Positions 33,501-40,448 of a stretch of 40,448 bases of DNA are shown here, one piece after another. The position numbers and the translations under genes are program-made. Source of the DNA: Jimgerdemannia flammicorona. Taxonomy: Eukaryota. How positions within the stretch are numbered: position 1 is the stretch's first letter; each line of letters opens with the position of its first letter. Under the pieces are notes generated by a model that ran no database searches, had not been told where the DNA came from, and saw nothing but the letters and a program-made list of their open reading frames with translations. The stretch is from assembly GCA_003990765.1 (NCBI GenBank), contig RBNJ01000122.1, forward strand, positions 1 through 40,448. The letters run 5' to 3'.

Positions 33501-35710
33501 CTAGTTGCAAGTAGGATAGTTATCTGGAGCTTGAGTATAGTCTTCTCTACTGTAGTAATATCTATTTCAGCTATATTCTCTAATTTATATTCTGGTAGAA
33601 CTGCATCAGAATAGATTTTCCAAATCTTAATCTTGATTTCTTCATCATCACTATTCTCTAGAAGAGCTGGTAATTCATCATCCTCTTTCTCCTCCTTTTC
33701 TTATCTTGCTTATTTCTCAAGAGTCTTCTGTCTTTTTTCATAATAGATTTTCTTAATTCTGCTGATATACTGGTAATAATTGTCAACATATTTCATGCAG
33801 TATATTTTGATTCTATGAGAGCAGACTCCTTGTAGTGCATATCTCTCAATAATCTTTTTGTACTATTCTTTCTCACTGATCTATCTAACTTTCTTCTTCT
33901 TTTTCTACATAGTTACCATATAGACTTCTTCTTGCTCACTTTCTTCTTTCTCTATCTTAGGCAATACTCTTTTGTTGACATTGATGAGAATTTATATCTT
34001 CTGATCTCAGTAGATGATCTGTATCTTCTGGGCATTTAGGTCAATTATTGCTCTGGCTTTATGAAGCCACTAGTTGCTAATGAGGATATCATAGTTAGTA
34101 GCATTGATTACAATTACATCTACTGAGAAAGTTGCTTCTCCAAACTTGATGAGAACATCTCAGATCTTTTCCAGAGATGTGGCTCTTATGCCATCTATTA
34201 TAACAAATACCAATTTGATTGCTTCTTTAACCTCCCAACCTAAGCAGTCTCTTGCTTTCTTGCTGAGAAGGCATTCTTCTGCTCTAGTATCAATAATGGC
34301 CTCAAAGATTATATTTTCAATTTGACAGATTATATAGGCAGATGTCTTGTGATTATCTTCACTCTCTTCTCCAGAGTCTTCTTGAAAATTATTGGCCTTA
34401 GTTATCTTTTATTCTTATTCCTTAATTGTCTTAATAAGTCTATATCTCATTTGCTGTCTGAATGTGAGTATTTCTACTAGCTGGCCAAAGGTTGCATTGA
34501 TCTTTTATTGACTGAGATCCTTGAAGATACATATTATACTTGAAAGTCTTGGTCTTATAAAGCTTCTTCTTCTTTTCTCCTTCACTGGCTAGAGTAGTTC
34601 TTTAGATGATATGTATCTTAGACAGCCTGTTCTAACTCTATATATCTTGATCTATTCTTTGGCTTAGCTTTTTATAGCACTCTTTATCTGTTTCTTTATA
34701 GAATTCTTCTTGGGTCTCTCTGGTGGTCTCTTATAGAATTACTTGTAGATATCTTTTTTGATAGTCTATACAGAATAGACCTCTTATTTTTCTTCATTTG
34801 ATTTTCTGATTTCTTTAAAAGTAATAGTATTGGTCTATTTCTTATTTCTTGTAGTATTGCTTAACTGAGCTTTACACTTGATCTCACTCATACATTCATA
34901 TGTATGTATGAGTAGTGGTCTTCTTCTCTACAAGTATAGTAGGTATCTTTCTTCTTGTCTAAGATAGCAGCAAACTTCTGAACTAGATAGTAGTCTCTTC
35001 TTCTAATTTACTTTACCATATCTCTGAGATGAGCAGTCATTTCAGCAAACTTCTTAGCAAGTTCCTCCATAGGATCACTATTTCTCTACTACTCAGTAGC
35101 TCTTAGCTGAGATATATTTCGATTGATTACTGTGGTAGAGATTATGCTGATTGCTTTAGATGCTTCAATTCTGACTTCAGAAACTCTTTTCATTATGTAG
35201 TCTTGTAGGTATCTAGCTATTCAATATAACTGAATATAGGTAATCTTTTGTACTAGGTCCAAGACTACAGGTAATGAGTAGATGACTAGGGCTATCTCTG
35301 AGTGGACTCTTTTCATAAAGGTTGTCTTAGCTACTTGATCTCTGATAGTAGTAGCATAATCTGCAAAAATTATTTAATATTAGATTCTAGTATAGAATAT
35401 ATTTGGATCTTTGCTTATTTCTGGATATATTGTATTGAGCTGATCCTTTAGGGCTTGCTTGATCTCATCTGTATAGTAGGTGGTTCAGAGCCAAGTCTTC
35501 TATACTGCTAGCATAGTATCATCATTATTTTCCATATGAGTTATAGCTATAAATACTACTCTTGCTGGTCCTCAGAGACTGAAGAGCATGAGAACTACTT
35601 GCTATCTTGATATCAGAGTCCTTATAGCAGTATATTGCTTGAAATCATCAATGAATATAATAATTAATTCATCTGAAGTATATCTATAGAATACTGGTGG
35701 TTTTATATCT
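30550..35710 (-). pseudogene. gag-pol remnant of element 3
   Basis: EAIIDTRAEE (DTG protease, ~34300); SLWASPVVLV and DDIIIY (RT); *TDHSALT (RNase H); YTTFRLQP...SNEQA (IN); KSK*EGPYLI (GPY, ~30660). Confidence 0.9.
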
Positions 35711-35813
35711 ATCTTGTTTAGATATCTTAATTCAATTTATATAGTAGTAGTTGTTCATTGTTCAGCTTAAAAGTGAGGAATTATCTTGAATCACTAGCTA
35801 ATAGACACTAAGT

Positions 35814-36277
35814 TGTAACATAGTAGATGTGTAACTATATAAGTATGTCAGATTTCTGTATCTTAAAAACTTAATCTTCTTTGACTTTGTAGAGTTCTCA
35901 GGATATAGGGGTGGGTAAGTTCAAAGTGTATCTGTCTGTAGGCTTACTAGTTCCTTTGCTTTCTCTTTGTTTTGAACTATTTTGATCTAAGATTTATTCT
36001 CTCTAAACACTAGGGATATTTATACAAATTTGCTAGTTATAAGATAGCTAAGTTATGAGTCACTTTTTGCAAGTATCAAATCTTTCAACATCTACTAAAT
36101 CTTTGACAATTACCAAAATCTTAATATTTATAAAGAGTTTAACATTTACTAAAACTTTAATATTTGTAAAATGACTGCTATTTGTAAAGTTATACTATAT
36201 TTGAGAATCTAATTTAGATACTATAATCAAATGTCTATTCTTCTAATTCATATTCCTAATTCAAATTAACTGTTATA
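35814..36277 (-). repeat. 5' LTR of element 3
   Basis: TGTAACA...TGTTATA, same length (464 bp) as its partner. Confidence 0.9.
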
Positions 36278-36879
36278 TTAGTTATTAACTTTACTTTATA
36301 CTATCAAAATTAACTTCTATATTACTGATAATATATTTTTGGAATTCTTTATAGTTATAGACTTTGTACTATCAAAGCTGACTTTTATATTACTGATAAT
36401 ATGTAAAGATCTATATATTATTACTTGTTAGTTTATCAAGTTTAAAACAATCTAAATATTTCTAACTATTAGTGATGGAACTTATAAAGGCTTACTGGAT
36501 AAGATTATATAATACTTTGGAATTATGAGATATTTTAATGATATTATTTTCTGAAAAATATATATTAATAGTTAATATCTATAATTTTGAGTTTAATATA
36601 TTATTTTAATTTTTTATTAACTTTGATTATATTTTATAGCTCTATTAAGTACTTATATCAAATTAATATTATTTAAGAAAATATCTTATCAGAAACATTG
36701 AATAATCTGATATTCAATATTGCTGAATTATCACTCTCTTTAATATATAACAAAATGAGTAGTAAGGAGTATTGAAATGTAATAAAGAATATTAATCTCC
36801 AAATTGCTCTCTAATATTATATAGTAATTGGCTATTTTGCTATAAAATTCACCTTTATTTATAAGCTAGATCTCTACAG

Positions 36880-37365
36880 ATTATTACTGATTGATAAATT
36901 TTATAGCCCCTATATTATTAATACTATTGCTGTGCTCTTTACAGAAAGATATGCTTACTTTCCTAATGTCTTGAAAGAATATTGCCAACTTTCAGTTCCT
37001 TTACTTGCAATGATATATATATTGGTAAGCAATATTTTTCTTTATTTTTTATTATTTTATATAATTGCTTAATATATTTTATATCATTAATTATTAGCTT
37101 AACATGTTTTCCCCTATTAGCTTCATTACCTTGTAATAGAATATAGCGAGCACAATTTTAAGGAGCATGAATGGGCCAGCAAATATCGAAAATGGATGAA
37201 ATGGGTGAAGAGGCTGATTGCTCTGACAAAATCAACTGGTCTCACCTTCTCAATGATTCTCGCAAAGAATTTCCAGATGACGTTCTCAACTCCGAAGATG
37301 CCAGTGAATCCTCTAGTGACATGGAAGCTTTGCCCGACGAGATTCCCTTTGGTAACGATGGATAA
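36880..37365 (+). pseudogene. Last two exons (36880-37024, 37121-37365) of a decayed spliced gene; possible DUF6532-like TE-associated protein
   Basis: Acceptor CTACAG, donor GTAAGC and acceptor ATTAG are in phase. Reads KFYSPYIINTIAVLF...QLSVPLLAMIYIL|LHYLVIEYSEHNFKEHEWASKYRKW, then an apparent frameshift to an acidic tail ending TAA at 37365. The family call is by-eye recall only. Confidence 0.45.
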
Positions 37366-37513
37366 GTTTCGTTTTCATTTGCTATTGGTGTATTATTCAT
37401 TTGGCACTATTTTTATCATTCTACTGTAGTATTTTGCACCAAATGTACAACAATATGTTCCTTTACCCTTTCTGATGTACATTATCTGTAAATCAATAAA
37501 TCTAATTAGTATA

Positions 37514-37690
37514 CAGTGTTTTGCGTGACATATAGAGGTACATCGGTACATCGGGGCTGACATCTGCATCGCATCTTGGACATCTGCATCGCATCTCGGA
37601 CATCTGCAAACATCGCGCATCTCGACTGGAACTCTAGGTGACATCTGGCATCTAGGACATCTAGGACATCTGAGATTGCAGATTTCCGTG
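37514..37690. repeat. CATC-rich 20-bp tandem repeats following a CAGTGTTTT motif; possible DNA-transposon terminus
   Basis: GACATCTGCATCGCATCTYG x~3 at 37559-37624 plus GACATCTAG repeats. No partner end was found. Confidence 0.4.
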
Positions 37691-38081
37691 ATGTAGGGAA
37701 TCGGTTATGTTCTACGACAGGAAGCAGGGGGCGGCTTCCAACTCCCCAGGCCTCAATTGCTGCTTTATATGGCAGCATTTTGTAATTATCCGTCCTATCT
37801 ATGTCGACCATTTAATTTTTCATTCTGTGAGGGCTGTGCTCGCCCGAAATCGATAGTCACACAATTAATTAACTGAGAATCCACATGGACCATTTCCCAA
37901 ACTGATATAATTAGTATACAAGCTTATTCCAGAATGAATTCGGGCATTCTGTTCATGTGCAGATATGTGCACTTTGATTCAGGTTTTAATTGACTTATTG
38001 AAAAGGGAGGAGGTTAAAATAACTATGAGCCTGGAAGTGTAAATGTGTCACCATGAGTGCATATGTGAAAGGAAACCTTTA

Positions 38082-38115
<34 letters not shown>

Positions 38116-38244
38116 GAATCCGTAATTTGAATTTGGTGCCACTTTCCATCGCAGGCTGGGTATTTTACTATTTAAACCGCCGTCGTAGGCAAGACGATAA
38201 ATCGACACACACTGAGTATTAGCTTTCTCACAAAAATTCCGTAA

Positions 38245-39205
38245 ATGAATTTGCGCATGCGTATTAGATACAACATCTCTCGGGAGTTCCCATCGGGAAT
38301 TTCGTTCTTGGGGATATTCATTCTCGTCGCCGCTTTCGTGGGCGCCACAGCGTTTGTCGTTGTAACTAAGTGGAAGGTTGCACCTCTGAGTTTCGGTCCA
38401 CGTATGATCCAGGTACGTATATATGTAACAGTATGCTTTTCAACGATCTGTTGCGCTCTAAAAATTGACTAACATTGCATACCTCCCCACACACACATAT
38501 AAGCGAGTTGTGAAAAAAAAAACTTTTCACGTTCGGCGAAACCTTTTCAACTTCGACATTCACATACGTATTCCTGTCCGATCTACAATACACCGGCACG
38601 CCGCTCTCCATTTGCAAGATCGACTTCCAGCGGGTCTTTGTCCGCAGCTTCCCGTTGACCGTCCCGTTGCAAGAATGGCAATACCGGATCTCGTGCGCCA
38701 ACAGCATCACGACGCCGCCCTCTCCAATCTTGCTCAACGTGGTAAAGACGGTGGATAGCATTCCGATGCAGCAAAACGCGACGAGCAGCGGCGATTCGTT
38801 GGGAGTGCTGGTCGTAAGTTCTCCCAGCTGCTGAGGAGTGCCCAGAATTCTACGTGTGGAGACCCGCCCGCAAACAAAATCAATTCGTTACAAATCGTCA
38901 ACGGCCTCTACTACTGGTATTCGAATGACTTGGCGTGCTACGACAATTCTAGCTCCAAGGTCAAGAATATGGATTTGCTTCTCAACAGTACCATCGCAAA
39001 CGACCTCAACCAGTTTGGTGTCATCCCCGCGATCTATTCGTGCGCTTCGTGTTCCTCGGTGTGGGCTTCGCCTTATATTATTGTTTTGGATATCCTGACC
39101 TCCACGTTGGCTATCATGGGGGGTGCTTATACCGTCACTGTTTTCTTCCTTAAACTTATGTTGCCCGCCCGTGACAGTGAAGAGACAATGGAATTGTTTC
39201 CTTAG
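38245..39205 (+). pseudogene. Two-TM membrane protein gene, copy B (intron 38413-38503), frameshifted
   Basis: Inverted paralog of 10868-11797. Relative to copy A it has a 7-nt deletion near 38379, +2 A in the run at 38513-38522 and a 4-nt deletion near 38815. Confidence 0.7.
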
Positions 39206-39405
39206 GGTAGAAACCTCGCCGAGGATTGGACATTGACTTTTCACTTCGCATTCTGTACTACTCCATTTCTGGTATCCTCAACAGTTTTACTTTAAGATGC
39301 TCATGTTTTAGAGTTTAGCCATTATTGGCATGTTGGACGCATCTGTTGAGGTTCAAGCGGTTCTGTCTTTTTACATTATTTCATATCTTCGCTTGTTTGT
39401 ATGCG

Positions 39406-39446
<41 letters not shown>

Positions 39447-39447
<1 letters not shown>

Positions 39448-39505
39448 TGCCTTTTGCGTATTTCGAACGTTGGAATTTCCATGCACCGTTCATTCCCTCT
39501 GTTGA
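39447..39505. repeat. 59-bp exact direct repeat preceded by long poly(T), copy 1
   Basis: Identical to 40373-40431. Confidence 0.9.
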
Positions 39506-40292
39506 ACTATTTTTTTTAAAATGAATAGCGAATTAGTGCAATGTAAAGTAATCGTTCATTACCACCCGCCAAACATGTCGTTCATCCTTCTGTTACAAAT
39601 GGCAAATGGTGACCACATGACAATGGTTTTAATTAGACCTTGAATCATACTACGCTATTTCATACAGTAATAGCACGCCTTTCGATGATAAGTAATAATT
39701 TTTGACAATATTGCATGAGGTATTGGCATGCACTGAATTATCTAATTCAAAGGCTATATCAAACCCTAAGATGGCTGTTTCACGACACCTTTCGCGAACT
39801 TGATATGCGTCTCCGTCTCGGCGACTTGATTTTCGGCCCCGGCGAGCGCCTCGTTAGCTTTTCGCTCGTCTTCGGTAACCTGATATTCAGAGATTATGGT
39901 TGAAATTGACATCATTCATCGGTCGAAACCATCGATGGATTTGACAACTATGTGTGCTCAAGTTGCCGGCGAATGCGCGACACGATTTCATGTGTTGGGT
40001 TATAATACTCGACGTTTCGATGGATAAATACGTCGGTCGAGACCCACGAATTTCCGGATAACTATTAACTGTTTGCTTTCTATTTTCTTTCCCTTTTCGC
40101 CTTCCTCCTCCAATATGTTTTGTAATGAGAACTATTCGTGAATTATGTGGACGTGAGTAACGGCAGGCCCCCGTAATCGATATAAACAGATAACTTTTAC
40201 ATGCTGTTGCACAACACTCCTCGTGAGGCTTCTCGGCATGATTCATCAATCACATTTAGCCGGACCCGGAACCTCTTCAGTTCACGTTTTCC

Positions 40293-40372
<80 letters not shown>

Positions 40373-40373
<1 letters not shown>

Positions 40374-40431
40374 TGCCTTTTGCGTATTTCGAACGTTGGA
40401 ATTTCCATGCACCGTTCATTCCCTCTGTTGA
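40373..40431. repeat. 59-bp exact direct repeat preceded by long poly(T), copy 2
   Basis: Identical to 39447-39505; similarity may continue past the window end. Confidence 0.9.
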
Positions 40432-40448
40432 TCTTTTTTTTTTTAAAT

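Larger units (their letters stand above)
29586..36277 (-). mobile_element. Ty3/Gypsy LTR retrotransposon (family 3), 6.7 kb, heavily decayed
   Basis: 464-bp LTRs at 29586-30049 and 35814-36277. gag-PR-RT-RNaseH-IN remnants. Flanks TTGA/TTAG are compatible with a 4-bp TSD after independent G>A changes. Confidence 0.92.

Noticed and set aside
35788-35813. tRNA identity of the element-3 PBS
   Set aside because: The position fits a PBS (TAGTGTC..., probably from TGG), but it is too mutated to assign.
11860-38180. One giant element (Starship-like or large TIR transposon) spanning the interval between the inverted genes
   Set aside because: No tyrosine recombinase or intact transposase, and no terminal repeats or TSD enclosing the interval.
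39325-40431. Poly-Phe/poly-Lys ORFs
   Set aside because: Artefacts of long T/A homopolymers, whose lengths may themselves be unreliable.

Overview
Eukaryotic, most likely fungal, genomic DNA. Short GT-AG introns, long A/T homopolymers and the TE types suggest an early-diverging/Mucoromycota-like lineage; this is inference. About 70% of the window is a nest of transposable elements. (1) An internally deleted Ty3/Gypsy element (3156-8239, TSD CTAG) contains a truncated hAT transposon. (2) A full-length 12-kb Ty3/Gypsy element (12985-24981, minus strand, TSD ATAT) has ~2-kb LTRs that each contain a ~308-codon ORF, a tRNA-Pro PBS, and one gag-pol frame with Cys/His clusters, an F-box-like motif and a dUTPase between protease and RT. 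(3) There is a solo LTR (27207-28734) and an LTR fragment of the first family. (4) A third, heavily decayed Gypsy element (29586-36277) is inserted in AT-rich DNA next to a decayed spliced gene. All TEs show strong C>T/G>A decay, mainly at CpG and then CpA. Host sequences are a 3-exon 7-TM receptor-like gene (1384-2578) and an inverted pair of frameshifted 2-TM gene copies (10868-11797 minus, 38245-39205 plus) bracketing the main nest. Most notable: all three Gypsy families appear to share an unannotated extra ORF downstream of integrase (the env position), and in element 2 this ORF lies inside the LTR.
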